From: Acidimicrobiia bacterium
Lineage (GTDB): Bacteria > Actinomycetota > Acidimicrobiia > Spongiisociales > ZC4RG35
Assembly (NCBI GenBank): GCA_012270885.1
Contig: JAAXHN010000013.1
Span: 1,432-65,431 of the forward strand
Direction: 5' to 3'
Length of the DNA stretch: 64,000 nt
The translations under genes were made by a program, and so were the position numbers. Under the pieces are notes generated by a model. The model ran no database searches, was not told the DNA's origin, and was given only the letters and a program-made list of their open reading frames with translations. Of the stretch, positions 45,525 to 56,178 are shown piece by piece (position 1 is the stretch's first letter; each line of letters begins with the position of its first letter).

Positions 45525-47108
45525 CTAGCCTCCGACGGCCCGGAACGCCGTCTCCACCAGGCCCACCACCGCGTCGGTGGTCGCCCCCAGCACCAGCTTG
45601 GGATAGACCCCCACCGCCACGATCAGCACTATCAGCGGCGCCCAGGCGGCCATCTCGTAGCGATCCACGTCGTGGAATTCCTTCCCCGCCCACTCTGACG
45701 ACGGCTCGCCCAGGTTGACCTTCTGCAGCATCCAGAGCATGTAGCCGGCGGTGAGCACCGTGCCGATGGCGCCAATCACCATGGCGGTGCGGAAGAAGGA
45801 GGTGGAGAGGCCCGGCAGAGGCTGGTAGGAGCCCAGAAGCGCCATGAACTCGCCCCAGAATCCGGCCAGGCCGGGCAGGCCCAGGCTGGCCATGGCGGTG
45901 AACCCGAGGATCCCGCCCATGACGGGCATTAGCTTGAGGTTGCCGCCGAGGCGCGACATCTCCCGGGTGTGGTAGCGATGGTGGATCGAGCCGGCCAAAA
46001 AGAACAGGAGTCCGGTGATGAGGCCGTGGGCCACCATCCCGATGATGGCCGCGTTGATCCCCACCTCGGTGAGGGTGGCGATACCCAGCATCACGAATCC
46101 CATGTGCCCCACCGACGAGAAAGCTATCAACCGTTTGACGTCGGTCTGGGCCAGGCACGCCAGAGACCCGTAGATGATCCCGATCACCGCCAGCACCGCG
46201 ATGGCCGGCGCCCAGTCCCGGGCGGTCTCGGGGAGGATGGGGATGGCGATCCGGATGAAGGCGTAGGAGCCGAGCTTCAGAAGGATTGCGGCCAGGAGCA
46301 CCGATCCGACGGTGGGCGCCGCGGTGTGGGCGTCGGGGAGCCAGGTGTGGAAGGGCCACATCGGCACTTTCACCGCGAAGCCGAGGAACATCGCCCCGAA
46401 CACCAGCCAGGCGAAGGTGCCCTGAAAGAGGTGCCCGCGTGCGATCAGTTCGGGAATGTCAAAGGTGGACTGCTGGTCTCCCGACCCCGACTTGAAGTAG
46501 AGAGCCAGGAAGCCCAGCAGCATGAAGGCCGAACCGAACAGGGTGAAGATGAAGAACTTGATCGCCGCGTAGAGGCGGGTCTCCACCTCTTTTCGGAACC
46601 CGGGGATCTTCCGCATGGTGCGGTCTCCCCAGATGCCGATCATGAAGTACATGGGGAGTAGCACCAACTCGAAGAAGATGAAGAACAGCACCAGGTCCAG
46701 GGCCACGAAGGTCCCGTTCATCCCGGTGGCGAGGATCATCATCAGGACCAGGAAGGCCCGGGGGTTGCGGGGCTCGTCCCAATGCTGCCAGGAGTAGATC
46801 ACGCACAGCACCACCACCAGGGCCGACAGCACCAGGAGCGGCAGGCTGATCCCGTCCACTCCGATGTGGTAGTTGGCGCCGATCGCGCTGATCCAGGGAA
46901 GGTCGACCTCGAACTGGAATCCACCGGCCGCCCCGAAGTCGAAACGGGCGGCGACCACCACCGCCAGGACCAGGGTCGCCACGCTCACCAGGAGCGTCCA
47001 CTGCTTAACCGCTTCTTCCCGCTCCTTGGGGATGGCCAGGGCCACCAGCGCTCCCACCAGTGGGAGAAAGACAATCAGGCTCAGAGCCCAGCTTTCCAAC
47101 AAATCCAT
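45525..47108 (-). CDS. nuoM: NADH-quinone oxidoreductase subunit M
   Basis: 527-aa antiporter-like subunit. Position between L and N. Confidence 0.9.
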   Translation of the reverse strand: MDLLESWALSLIVFLPLVGALVALAIPKEREEAVKQWTLLVSVATLVLAVVVAARFDFGAAGGFQFEVDLPWISAIGANYHIGVDGISLPLLVLSALVVVLCVIYSWQHWDEPRNPRAFLVLMMILATGMNGTFVALDLVLFFIFFELVLLPMYFMIGIWGDRTMRKIPGFRKEVETRLYAAIKFFIFTLFGSAFMLLGFLALYFKSGSGDQQSTFDIPELIARGHLFQGTFAWLVFGAMFLGFAVKVPMWPFHTWLPDAHTAAPTVGSVLLAAILLKLGSYAFIRIAIPILPETARDWAPAIAVLAVIGIIYGSLACLAQTDVKRLIAFSSVGHMGFVMLGIATLTEVGINAAIIGMVAHGLITGLLFFLAGSIHHRYHTREMSRLGGNLKLMPVMGGILGFTAMASLGLPGLAGFWGEFMALLGSYQPLPGLSTSFFRTAMVIGAIGTVLTAGYMLWMLQKVNLGEPSSEWAGKEFHDVDRYEMAAWAPLIVLIVAVGVYPKLVLGATTDAVVGLVETAFRAVGG

Positions 47109-47131
47109 TTATCAGTCTCCCATTCGGTATC

Positions 47132-49174
47132 TCATAGGACGAAAAGGACCACGACCACCAGCAGCAGCAGACCCGCCACCAGCAGGCCAGCATACTGCTG
47201 AACCCGGCCGCTCTGAATCCGGCGAATCAGGCCCCCCATTCCCGAGGTGCCCCACGACAGTCCATGCACCGCCCCGTCGATGCCGAGTTGGTCGACCCCG
47301 CCGTACACCAGACCGGCCAGCTTCTGACACAGCGCCCCCACTCCGTTCACCACCCCGTCGATCACGTAGTCGTTCACCCAGTTCACCGCCCGGGCGGCCG
47401 GCTCGCGGATCACCCACACCAGCCCCAGGGCGGCATGATCGAGGTAGTACTTCTGGCGCAGGAGCGGGTAGAGCGCCGGTATCTCCACCCGGTCCCGGTC
47501 GGGACGGTCGGCGGCGGACGGCCCGAATGCGACCCACCCCATCCACAGACCAGCCACGGCCGCGGCCAGGCCCGCCGCGGCCAGCCCCAGATCGATGGCC
47601 TCGGCGTGGTGGTCGCCCATCGGCACGCTCCGCACCGAGAGCCAGGAGGTGAAGCTTCCGATCCACGGCAGCTTCAGGCCGGGGATGTTCACCACCCCGG
47701 CCAGGACGGCGGGGACCGCCAGCGCCCAGAGGGGACGGGTCATGATGGGGGGCGACTCGTGAGGCTCGCCATGCCCCCGGTACTCACCGAAGAAGGTGAG
47801 AGCCACCGCCCTCGCCATGTAGAAGGCGGTCACGAAGGCGCCCGCCACCGCGATCCACATCACCAGCGTGTATCCCTCATAGCCGAGGGTGGCCAGGATC
47901 TCGTCCTTCGACCAGAACCCCGACAGGGGGAAGACCCCGGCCAGCGCCAGGGCGCCGATCACGAAGGTCCGGTAGGTGTCGGGCATGTGGCGGCGCAGGC
48001 CGCCCATGTCGGACATGTTGTTGGAGTGCACGGCGTGGATCACCGAGCCCGCTCCCAGGAACAGGAGCGCCTTGAAGAATGCGTGGGTGAAGAGGTGGAA
48101 CAGCCCGGCGGTGTACCCACCGGCCGCCACCGCGGTCATCATGTAGCCCAGTTGGCTGACCGTGGAATAGGCCAGAACCCGCTTGATGTCGTCGGACACC
48201 AGGGCCAGAAGCCCCATCCCGAACAGCGTGATGGTCCCCGCCGCGATCATCCACGGCCGGGCGGCGGTGGCCAGCTCCTGGTACAGGGGGAAGGTGCGGG
48301 CCATCAGGTAGATGCCGGCGGTCACCATGGTGGCGGCGTGCATCAGGGCCGAGACCGGTGTGGGGCCGGCCATGGCGTCGGGGAGCCAGATGTGGAGGGG
48401 GAACTGGGCGCTCTTTCCCATCGCACCGAAAAAGAGCAGGAGACCGGCGGTAACCGCCACCGGTCCCAGAGCGGCGCTGTGCTCCGCGGCGGCCGCGGCC
48501 AGGTCCCAGAAGTGGAAGGATCCGAGCACGATCCCGATGATGATCACCCCGATCACCAGGCCCACGTCGGCCACCTTGTTGGTGTAGAAGGCCTTCATAG
48601 CCGCCGACGAGTTCTCCTTCAACTCCCAGTTGTGGCCGATCAGGAGGTACGATGCCAGGCCCACGCCCTCCCATCCGATGATGAGCTGCACCAGGTTGGG
48701 GCTCCCCACCAGCACCAGCATCGACCCGGCGAACAGCGACAGGGCGGCGAAGAAGAAGGTGACCCGGACCTCCTCTTTCATGTATCCGTGGGCGTAGACG
48801 AACACCGCCAGGCCCACCGCCGCCACCACCCAGTACATCATGATGGAGAGGCCGTCCACGATCCATCCCAACTCGAAGACCAGCCCGCCGCCCACCGATG
48901 CGATCTCGAGGCTCCGTTCGTACAGGACCCCCTTCTCGCCCATGTTCAGCACCAGCAGGACCGACGACCAGACGAAGTTGAAGGCCATTACACCGATCGC
49001 CACCTCCGCCCCCTGGTATCTCATCCGCTTCCCGAACATGACGATCACCACGAAGGCCAGCATGGGCCCGATCAGCATCAGGCCGGCCCACTCCGAGAAG
49101 ATCCCGCCGGTGGTCGCCGCCACGGCGGCGCCTTCGGCGGCCAGATAGAGGTCTGTGCTCACACCCATGGTCAC
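47132..49174 (-). CDS. nuoL: NADH-quinone oxidoreductase subunit L
   Basis: 680-aa antiporter-like subunit with a long C-terminal extension. ATGA overlap with nuoK. Confidence 0.9.
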   Translation of the reverse strand: MTMGVSTDLYLAAEGAAVAATTGGIFSEWAGLMLIGPMLAFVVIVMFGKRMRYQGAEVAIGVMAFNFVWSSVLLVLNMGEKGVLYERSLEIASVGGGLVFELGWIVDGLSIMMYWVVAAVGLAVFVYAHGYMKEEVRVTFFFAALSLFAGSMLVLVGSPNLVQLIIGWEGVGLASYLLIGHNWELKENSSAAMKAFYTNKVADVGLVIGVIIIGIVLGSFHFWDLAAAAAEHSAALGPVAVTAGLLLFFGAMGKSAQFPLHIWLPDAMAGPTPVSALMHAATMVTAGIYLMARTFPLYQELATAARPWMIAAGTITLFGMGLLALVSDDIKRVLAYSTVSQLGYMMTAVAAGGYTAGLFHLFTHAFFKALLFLGAGSVIHAVHSNNMSDMGGLRRHMPDTYRTFVIGALALAGVFPLSGFWSKDEILATLGYEGYTLVMWIAVAGAFVTAFYMARAVALTFFGEYRGHGEPHESPPIMTRPLWALAVPAVLAGVVNIPGLKLPWIGSFTSWLSVRSVPMGDHHAEAIDLGLAAAGLAAAVAGLWMGWVAFGPSAADRPDRDRVEIPALYPLLRQKYYLDHAALGLVWVIREPAARAVNWVNDYVIDGVVNGVGALCQKLAGLVYGGVDQLGIDGAVHGLSWGTSGMGGLIRRIQSGRVQQYAGLLVAGLLLLVVVVLFVL

Positions 49175-49476
49175 CAGCGCATCAGGTTCAACTCGTCCAC
49201 GTTGGCCGAGCGCCGGTTACGGAATATCAGGAGGATGATGGCCAGGCCGATCCCCACCTCGGCGGCGGCGATGGTGATGATGAACACCGCCAGTATCTGC
49301 CCCAGCGCCTCGGCCGTCTGCCAGAAGGCCTCCAGGGCCACCAGGTTGATGTTCACCGCGGCCAGCATCAGTTCCACGGACAGCAGCACCATCACCGCGT
49401 TGCGGCGCACCAAGAGTCCGTATATCCCCATGCAGAACAGCAGCGCCGCCAGGATCAGGAACTGGTTGAGAATCAC
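49171..49476 (-). CDS. nuoK: NADH-quinone oxidoreductase subunit K
   Basis: GTG start at 49476 gives a 101-aa, three-TM protein ([27 protein letters not shown]...). The longer track ORF was rejected. Confidence 0.85.
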   Translation of the reverse strand: MILNQFLILAALLFCMGIYGLLVRRNAVMVLLSVELMLAAVNINLVALEAFWQTAEALGQILAVFIITIAAAEVGIGLAIILLIFRNRRSANVDELNLMRW

Positions 49477-50027
49477 GGGGACTCCCGCTCCTTCTCCTCG
49501 GCGGGACTGAGATCTCGGCGGGCGATGGTTATCCCTCCCACCAGGGCGGCCAGCAGCACGAAACCCACCACCTCGAAGGGGAAGACGAACCGGCCCAGAA
49601 GCCCCTCTGCGAGCACCGAGGTGGGCGTGCCGGCGGTGATCCTGTCCAGGGTGGTGTCCCCCCACTGGGAGAGGAGGCCCCACAACAGCAGGGCGAACAG
49701 CGCCGCGGAGACCAGCACGGCAGGCAAGCGGCGCTGGTGATCGACCTCCGCCTCGTCGCGACCGGTGGGGGCGCGGGTGATCATGATCCCGAACAGGAAC
49801 AGCACGATCACAGCCCCTATGTAGACCAGGACCAGCACCCAGGCCAGGAACTCGGCGGCCAGCAGCAAAAAGATGGCGGCGGTTCCGGCCAGGGCGGCCA
49901 CCAGGAACAGGGCGGCGTGAACCACGTTCGGGGAGGTGACCACCCTGAAGCCCGAGACCGTCGTGGCCAACGCCACCGCCAGGAAAACCCAGTTGAGCGG
50001 CTCGGCTACCCAGTCCTCGAACCCCAT
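49473..50027 (-). CDS. nuoJ: NADH-quinone oxidoreductase subunit J
   Basis: 184-aa hydrophobic protein. GTGA overlap with nuoK. Position. Confidence 0.85.
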   Translation of the reverse strand: MGFEDWVAEPLNWVFLAVALATTVSGFRVVTSPNVVHAALFLVAALAGTAAIFLLLAAEFLAWVLVLVYIGAVIVLFLFGIMITRAPTGRDEAEVDHQRRLPAVLVSAALFALLLWGLLSQWGDTTLDRITAGTPTSVLAEGLLGRFVFPFEVVGFVLLAALVGGITIARRDLSPAEEKERESP

Positions 50028-50492
50028 CTACCGCTCCAGGGCCGGGGCAGGGGGCACCGTGTCCAGCCAGTCGAAGAGGCGGTCCTGGTCATGGAGCATC
50101 GCCCCCATCTCGGTCTCGGAGTACTCGTAGTCGGGGCTCCAGAACAGGGCGTCGAAGGGACAGACCTCCACGCAGATCCCGCAGTACATGCACAGGGCGT
50201 AATCGATGTCGAAGCGATCCAGGGTGGCCCTCACCCGGGGACGCCCTCCGGGGCGCGACGGGGGGCGCTCCTCCTTGTGACCCTCTATGTAGATGCACCA
50301 GTCGGGGCATTGGCGGGCGCACAGCATGCAAACCGTGCAGGCCTCGGGCTCGAGCGCGATCACTCCCCGCGCCCTGGGGACGGGGGTCTCCTTCACCTTG
50401 GGGTAATTGACGGTGACCGGGCGGGTGAAGAGAGTGCGGAGGGTCACCTTCATGCCCTTGAGCAGCCCGACACCCGGTATGGAGAGCTTCAT
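50028..50492 (-). CDS. nuoI: NADH-quinone oxidoreductase subunit I (2x[4Fe-4S])
   Basis: [12 protein letters not shown] and [12 protein letters not shown] ferredoxin motifs. Confidence 0.9.
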   Translation of the reverse strand: MKLSIPGVGLLKGMKVTLRTLFTRPVTVNYPKVKETPVPRARGVIALEPEACTVCMLCARQCPDWCIYIEGHKEERPPSRPGGRPRVRATLDRFDIDYALCMYCGICVEVCPFDALFWSPDYEYSETEMGAMLHDQDRLFDWLDTVPPAPALER

Positions 50493-51497
50493 CTAGATCA
50501 CCACCTTCAGGATGCCTGTGACAATGATGTTGGCCAGAGAGATTGGGACCAGCCACTTCCAGGCCAGCGTTTGAAGCTGGTCTTCGCGGAAGCGGGGGAA
50601 GGTCCAACGAAGCCAGATGCTGACAAATATGAAGAGGGCGATCTTTCCCAAAAGCACCAGGGGCCCCACGAACTGGAGTATGGAATCGGGGACTCCGGGC
50701 ACCCAGTAGCCGCCCAGGAACAGGGTGGCCGCAATCGCCGAGAGCGTGAACATGTTGGCGAACTCGGCCAGGAAGAAGAACAGGAACCTAAAGCCCGAGT
50801 ATTCGGTCAGGTACCCCATGACGAGTTCCGACTCGGCGATGGGCATGTCGAAGGGGATCCGGGACAACTCGGCCAGGCTGGCGATGAAGAACACCGCCAG
50901 CCCCACGGCCTGCACGATCACAAAGGGCATCCCCAACCCCCATCCGGCCTCGGAGAACCACGAGATCTGCGCCTGGACTATCCCGTCGAGGCTCATGGTG
51001 CCCGCCAGGATCACCACTCCCACCACCGCCAACACCAGCGGCAACTCGTAGGCGATCAACTGCCCGGCGGCTCTCAATCCCCCCATCAGGGAGTACTTGT
51101 TACCCGACGACCACCCGGCCATCAGCACTCCGATGGTCCCGACCGACGAGATGGCCAGGGCGTAGAAGATGCCCAGGTCGAGGTTCTGGGGAGTCAGGCC
51201 CGGTCCGAAGGGAATCACCACGAACAGCCCGACCGTGCCCACCATCACCAGCACCGGGGCCATCTTGAACACCGGGCGGTCGGCATTCTCGGGAACCAGG
51301 TCCTCTTTCTGGAAGAACTTCACTCCGTCGGCGATGAGCTGTGCCCACCCGAACCGGCCGCCCGCGAAGTAAGGCCCTATCCGGCTCTGCATGTGGGCCG
51401 AGATCTTCATCTCCGCATAGCCGATCGCCATGCCCATCACCGGGATGATGGTGGCCACCACCAGCAGCCAGATCGCCAACGCCAGCCAGGGACTCAT
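50493..51497 (-). CDS. nuoH: NADH-quinone oxidoreductase subunit H
   Basis: Start taken at MSPWLALAIWLL... (51497). Typical ...MQSRIGPYFAGGRFGWAQLIADGVKFFQKED motif. Confidence 0.9.
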   Translation of the reverse strand: MSPWLALAIWLLVVATIIPVMGMAIGYAEMKISAHMQSRIGPYFAGGRFGWAQLIADGVKFFQKEDLVPENADRPVFKMAPVLVMVGTVGLFVVIPFGPGLTPQNLDLGIFYALAISSVGTIGVLMAGWSSGNKYSLMGGLRAAGQLIAYELPLVLAVVGVVILAGTMSLDGIVQAQISWFSEAGWGLGMPFVIVQAVGLAVFFIASLAELSRIPFDMPIAESELVMGYLTEYSGFRFLFFFLAEFANMFTLSAIAATLFLGGYWVPGVPDSILQFVGPLVLLGKIALFIFVSIWLRWTFPRFREDQLQTLAWKWLVPISLANIIVTGILKVVI

Positions 51498-51841
51498 GAA
51501 AGCCGACCCCTCCCCGGGTCCACCAGGGCCGCAGTCCCGTGAAGTTGGGAAACATTTCCGGCAGTTGGGGAGAAAACCCACCGGCCGGGGTTGATGGTGT
51601 CACCGCCCCGATCCATACTGACCGGAGTCACAAATACCTCCCGGGCCGAGCAGACGTCCCCGGTCCGCACAAAGGTCATACCCCGAATTCGGCAGCCGGC
51701 ACCCCACCCGGCGTCGGCCGCCCGCGTTCGAACCTCGGAAAGGCGGTGGCGGGGGAGGGCCCAAGGGCTGGGAGAGGCGGGGCGAATTTCGCGAGATAGG
51801 AGGTGGAGAATCGCGGAGCGGGGGGTCCTGTAGGGCATCAT
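51494..51841 (-). CDS. Hypothetical 115-aa ORF occupying the nuoD-nuoH gap (where nuoEFG normally sit)
   Basis: Its ATG overlaps the nuoD stop (GATGATG) and its TGA overlaps the nuoH ATG (ATGA). Third-position G+C counted by hand over 64 codons is about three quarters. The product is Arg/Pro-rich with no motif recognised. Confidence 0.35.
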   Translation of the reverse strand: MMPYRTPRSAILHLLSREIRPASPSPWALPRHRLSEVRTRAADAGWGAGCRIRGMTFVRTGDVCSAREVFVTPVSMDRGGDTINPGRWVFSPTAGNVSQLHGTAALVDPGRGRLS

Positions 51842-53028
51842 CGGTCGACATCTCCCAGTACGAAGTCGAGCGACCCCAGGATGGCGATTATGTCGGGAAC
51901 CAGCGTCCCCTCCAGCACCCAGGGCAGGATGGAGATGTTGGAAAACGATGCGGAGCGGATCTTGAGCCGGTAGGGACCCAGGCCCCCGTCGGAGACCACG
52001 TAGTACCCCATCTCCCCCTTCGGGTTCTCGGCTCGCACGTAGATCTCACCGGCCGGCACCTTGATGATGCGAGGCACCTTGGCCTGCAGCGGCCCCGAGG
52101 GAATGGTGTCGACGGCCTGGCGGATGATGGAAGCCGACTGGCGGATCTCCTCGAGGCGGATCCACCAGCGGTCCCAGCAGTCGCCGTTCTCTCCGGTGGG
52201 AATCTCGAAATCGAACAGGTGATAAGGCAGGTAGTTCGAGACCTTGCGCAGGTCGAACGGCACCCCCGAGGCGCGGAGGATGGGGCCGGACACCCCATAT
52301 GAGATGGCCACCTCCGGCGGGATGACCCCGATCTCCTTGGTACGCGCCAGGACGATCTCGTTGCCCGCCACCAGGTCCTCCAGTTGGTCGGCCGTCGACA
52401 ACACCCGGTCCATGGCGTCCCGGGTCTCCGACAGGAAACCGGCAGGCAGGTCCTGGATGGTCTTGCGAGTCACCGGTCCCGCTCCCACCGCCGGTTTCAC
52501 CCCGCCGATCCGGTTGAAATTGGGATGGAATCGCCCGCCGGTGACCGACTCGATCAGATCGAGCACCCGTTCCCGGTCCCGCAGGGCGAAGAACAGCGGG
52601 GTGGCCGCCCCCAACTCCAGGGGGTAGGAGGCCTGGAAGATCAGGTGTGAGGAGATGCGGGCCATCTCGGTGAGGATCAGGCGGATGAACTGGGCCCGAT
52701 CGGGGGGCTCCACTCCCATCAGCCGCTCGGCCGCCACCATGAAGGGAATCTCGTTGGCATACCCCGACACCCAGTCGATCCGGTTGATCAGGGCGGTGAT
52801 CTGGGGATAGTTCCGCACCTCCGCCAGCTTCTCGTACCCCCGGTGCATGTAGCCGATCACGGGCTGCACGTCGAAGGCCCTCTCCCCGTCAACCTTCGCC
52901 ACCAGGCGCAGCACCCCATGCGTCGAGGGATGCTGGGGACCGATGTTGAGAGTCATGTCGGGAGTCTCGAGTTCCACCGAGACCGCCGCTCCCGAGAGGT
53001 GGCGGACCATGTCGGGCGCCATGGTCAT
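51838..53028 (-). CDS. nuoD: NADH-quinone oxidoreductase subunit D
   Basis: 396 aa. ...LNIGPQHPSTHGVLRL... and C-terminal ...LGSLDFVLGDVDR are NuoD hallmarks. Confidence 0.92.
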   Translation of the reverse strand: MTMAPDMVRHLSGAAVSVELETPDMTLNIGPQHPSTHGVLRLVAKVDGERAFDVQPVIGYMHRGYEKLAEVRNYPQITALINRIDWVSGYANEIPFMVAAERLMGVEPPDRAQFIRLILTEMARISSHLIFQASYPLELGAATPLFFALRDRERVLDLIESVTGGRFHPNFNRIGGVKPAVGAGPVTRKTIQDLPAGFLSETRDAMDRVLSTADQLEDLVAGNEIVLARTKEIGVIPPEVAISYGVSGPILRASGVPFDLRKVSNYLPYHLFDFEIPTGENGDCWDRWWIRLEEIRQSASIIRQAVDTIPSGPLQAKVPRIIKVPAGEIYVRAENPKGEMGYYVVSDGGLGPYRLKIRSASFSNISILPWVLEGTLVPDIIAILGSLDFVLGDVDR

Positions 53029-53029
53029 C

Positions 53030-53590
53030 TCAGCCGCCTCCCGTGACTTCTGGCATGTCCTCGACGTCCACCTCTCCCGGCCATGGCTTCACTTCCCGGC
53101 TCAACAGAGGGAAGGACTTGAGCAGGGGATTCCCCACGAATCCGTTGGGAAGGTAGAGGTTCTCGGGCCGGGGATGGCCCAGGAAGGTGATGCCGAACAT
53201 CTCCCGGCACTCCCGCTCGTGCCAGTCGGCCCCCGGGTAGACGCCTATCAGGCTGTCGACGGTGGGATCGCTCGCCCCCAGGTCGGTGGAGAACACCACC
53301 AACTCCCCGGCGGTAACGTCCGAGACCGCGCACAGAAGCTCGAATCGTTCGGTCACCTCTTCCGACAGAGCGTCGCCGACCTGCGGATCGTTCGCCCAGT
53401 GCACAGCCGAGAGCCAGGAGAAGAATGAAAGTCCCAGGTCGTCCCGGGCGATCCGCAGCGCTTCGGCCCAACGGTCGGCCGCCACCCCCACCTTGTCGGT
53501 CTCCAGGGCCTCCAGCACCACCCCACCCACCGCCTTGGCGGCCCGGCCCGCCAGGGAGTTGTCCTCCCCGGAACCCTCGGCCTCTGCCAT
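53030..53590 (-). CDS. nuoC: NADH-quinone oxidoreductase subunit C
   Basis: Start at MAEAEGSG... (53590). ...YPGADWHERECREMFGITFLGHP motif. Confidence 0.85.
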   Translation of the reverse strand: MAEAEGSGEDNSLAGRAAKAVGGVVLEALETDKVGVAADRWAEALRIARDDLGLSFFSWLSAVHWANDPQVGDALSEEVTERFELLCAVSDVTAGELVVFSTDLGASDPTVDSLIGVYPGADWHERECREMFGITFLGHPRPENLYLPNGFVGNPLLKSFPLLSREVKPWPGEVDVEDMPEVTGGG

Positions 53591-53597
53591 CTCCACC

Positions 53598-54098
53598 TCA
53601 GACGGGCTGGCGGTCACGCTGGTTCCACTTCTCTTTGATGTCCTCGTTCTTGATCTTTTCCTGCAGGAGAACGATCCCGTCCATGAGCGCCTCGGGCCGG
53701 GGAGGGCACCCGGGCACGTACACATCCACGGGGATGATCTGATCGACTCCCTTGGTGACCGAGTAGGAATCCCAGTAGGGACCGCCGCAGTTGGAGCACG
53801 ATCCCATCGAGATCACGTACTTGGGCTCGGGCATCTGTTCGTAGAGTCGCTTCACCGCCGGCGCCATCTTGTCGGTGACGGTCCCCGCCACCACCATTAG
53901 ATCGGCCTGCCGGGGTGAGGCGGGAAGCGGGATGATGCCAAAGCGCATGAAGTCGTAGCGGGGACCCGAGGCCGCCATCATCTCTATGGCGCAGCAGGCC
54001 AACCCGAACTGGAACATCCACAGCGAGTACCGCCGTGACCAGTTGAGCAGCCAGCTAACCGGCTTGATGGGAACCCCGAACCGCTGAATCACTCCCAC
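53598..54098 (-). CDS. nuoB: NADH-quinone oxidoreductase subunit B
   Basis: GTG start at 54098 overlapping the nuoA end. Cluster N2 ligands in [28 protein letters not shown]. Confidence 0.9.
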   Translation of the reverse strand: MGVIQRFGVPIKPVSWLLNWSRRYSLWMFQFGLACCAIEMMAASGPRYDFMRFGIIPLPASPRQADLMVVAGTVTDKMAPAVKRLYEQMPEPKYVISMGSCSNCGGPYWDSYSVTKGVDQIIPVDVYVPGCPPRPEALMDGIVLLQEKIKNEDIKEKWNQRDRQPV

Positions 54099-54454
54099 CG
54101 CAGGACTCCCTTTTTTATGGCATAGAAAAGGCCCTCCACCAGGGTGAGCATGAAGATGATGATCGCCACCAGGCCGAACACCCCAAGCTCTTCGGCCAGG
54201 ATCGCCCAAGGGAAGATGAAGGCCGCCTCCACATCAAAGATCACGAACAGGAGGCCGAACACGTAGTAGCGCACGTATGTCTGGCTCCACCCCTCCCCCA
54301 CCGGGTCGACCCCGCACTCGTAGGTGAGTTTCTTGGTAGGGGTCGGCTTGTGGGGCCTCAGGATGGAGGCAACGCCCAGCATGACCAGCACCAACACCAC
54401 CCCCAGCAGGGCAAAGGCAGCCACGAACAGATAGTTCTCGAAATAAGAGGTCAT
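54089..54454 (-). CDS. nuoA: NADH-quinone oxidoreductase subunit A
   Basis: 121-aa three-TM protein with YECG motif (LTYECGVDP). First gene of the cluster. Confidence 0.9.
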   Translation of the reverse strand: MTSYFENYLFVAAFALLGVVLVLVMLGVASILRPHKPTPTKKLTYECGVDPVGEGWSQTYVRYYVFGLLFVIFDVEAAFIFPWAILAEELGVFGLVAIIIFMLTLVEGLFYAIKKGVLRWE

Positions 54455-54644
54455 GCGCGAAAACTTGAAGCAGGCACCCGTTTGTCAGTATAGAAAACCC
54501 AAATACCCCCCAAAGACCATCCCCGACGCACCCCCGCGCCTTCGCGAGACGGGCGGCGGCACACCGACCCCCTCCCTCAACAGCGGAACGACTCCGGGGG
54601 ATCGGCGCCCTGGAAGAAACGGAAATCCTCTAGGATTGCCAACC

Positions 54645-56159
54645 ATGAGCAAGCCCAACATCGTCCTGATCATGGCGGACCAGTTGGCGCCCCACTTCCT
54701 GCCCAGTTACGGCCACCGGGTGGTGGTTGCGCCCCACATCTCCCGCATGGCCGACGAGGGCTTCACCTTCGACTGGGCTTACACGAACTCTCCTCTGTGC
54801 GGACCGTCGCGGTACGTGATGATGACCTCCTGCCTACCGGCCCGGATCGGCGCCTGGGACAACGCCGCCGAGTGGTCGGTCGAGATCCCCACCTTTGCTC
54901 ACTACCTGGCCGACCGGGGCTATCTGACTTGCCTGTCGGGCAAGATGCACTTCGTCGGCCCGGACCAGCTGCACGGTTTCGAAGAGCGGCTTACCACCGA
55001 TACCTATCCAGCCGACTTCGTCTGGCATCCCCGTTGGGACCAGCCGTATAAGAAACAGGACTGGTTCCACACCATGAAGGTGGTGATCGAAGCCGGGAGC
55101 ACCCTGGCGGCGGTGAACATCGACTACGACGACGAGGTGACCTTCCGAGCCCAGCGATGGATCTACGACCGGGCGCGGTCCAGCGAACGCCCCTTCATGC
55201 TCACCATCTCCTTCATCCAACCACACGATCCCTATCTGGCCCGACCGGAGACCTGGAACCTGTACGAAGACGACGACATCGACATGCCGGTCACCACCTA
55301 CGAGCAGGCACCCAAAGACCCTCACAGCGACCGGCTCCGGTGGTCGATCGGGGCTTCCGACATCGTCCTCTCCGAGCAGCAGATCCGGGCCGCCCGCCGC
55401 GCCTACTACGCCTCGGTCTCGGACTTCGACCGGCGGGTGGGTTTGGTGCGACAGGCGCTGGAGGAGACCGGCATGGCCGACAACACCATCGTCATCATCA
55501 CCTCCGACCACGGTGACATGCTCGGCGAGCGTGGAATGTGGTTCAAGATGAGCTTTTTGGAACGGTCGGTACGGGTACCGCTGATCTTCTGGTGCCCCGA
55601 CCGTCTCAAGCCCCGCAGGGTGCCCGAGGCGGTCTCGCTGGTTGATCTGGGACCCACCTTGGTGGGGCTGGCCACCGACGGGGCGCACATCGACTATCCC
55701 ACCCAACTTGACGGGAGGTCCCTCCTCCCCCATCTCCACGGCGAACGGGGACACGACGAGGTGATCGGCGAGTACTACGCGGAAGGCGCCCTCAAACCGA
55801 TGTTCATGGTGCAGAGGGAGGGCGCCAAGTACGTGGTGTCCGAGGGCGACCCCGATCAGGTTTTCCATGTGAAGGCCGATCCGGAGGAACTCTCGAACCT
55901 GGCCGGGACACATGCCACACTGGCCGAGGTGAAACAGGAGATCTCGAAGCGGTGGGACAGCGCCCAGCTCACCGATCAGGTGCTGGAGAGCCAGCGCCGC
56001 AGGGCCTTGGTGAGCCGGGTGATGCGAACCCAGGGGATCAACTGGGACTTCACTCCCAGATTCGGCGGCGAAGACCTCTACATACGCAGCCACCTGCCGA
56101 TCGGGGTCCTGGAAGAACAATCCCGCTTCCCTCGCTACACGCCCCCGAACTCCCGCTGA
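54645..56159 (+). CDS. betC: Choline-sulfatase
   Basis: [14 protein letters not shown]..., PLCGPSR (formylglycine site), [27 protein letters not shown] is characteristic of BetC. The track ORF start at 54453 was rejected. Confidence 0.8.
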   Translation: MSKPNIVLIMADQLAPHFLPSYGHRVVVAPHISRMADEGFTFDWAYTNSPLCGPSRYVMMTSCLPARIGAWDNAAEWSVEIPTFAHYLADRGYLTCLSGKMHFVGPDQLHGFEERLTTDTYPADFVWHPRWDQPYKKQDWFHTMKVVIEAGSTLAAVNIDYDDEVTFRAQRWIYDRARSSERPFMLTISFIQPHDPYLARPETWNLYEDDDIDMPVTTYEQAPKDPHSDRLRWSIGASDIVLSEQQIRAARRAYYASVSDFDRRVGLVRQALEETGMADNTIVIITSDHGDMLGERGMWFKMSFLERSVRVPLIFWCPDRLKPRRVPEAVSLVDLGPTLVGLATDGAHIDYPTQLDGRSLLPHLHGERGHDEVIGEYYAEGALKPMFMVQREGAKYVVSEGDPDQVFHVKADPEELSNLAGTHATLAEVKQEISKRWDSAQLTDQVLESQRRRALVSRVMRTQGINWDFTPRFGGEDLYIRSHLPIGVLEEQSRFPRYTPPNSR

Positions 56160-56178
56160 TCCCTTTCCGCTTCCGGCG

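Noticed and set aside
51782-51794. Identical 13-mer gcgaatttcgcga at 51782-51794 and 63819-63831, considered as a shared regulatory site.
   Set aside because: In a 64-kb window, tens of identical 13-mer pairs are expected by chance (birthday effect), so the repeat alone is not evidence. Only the local palindromic character is retained, as a low-interest note.
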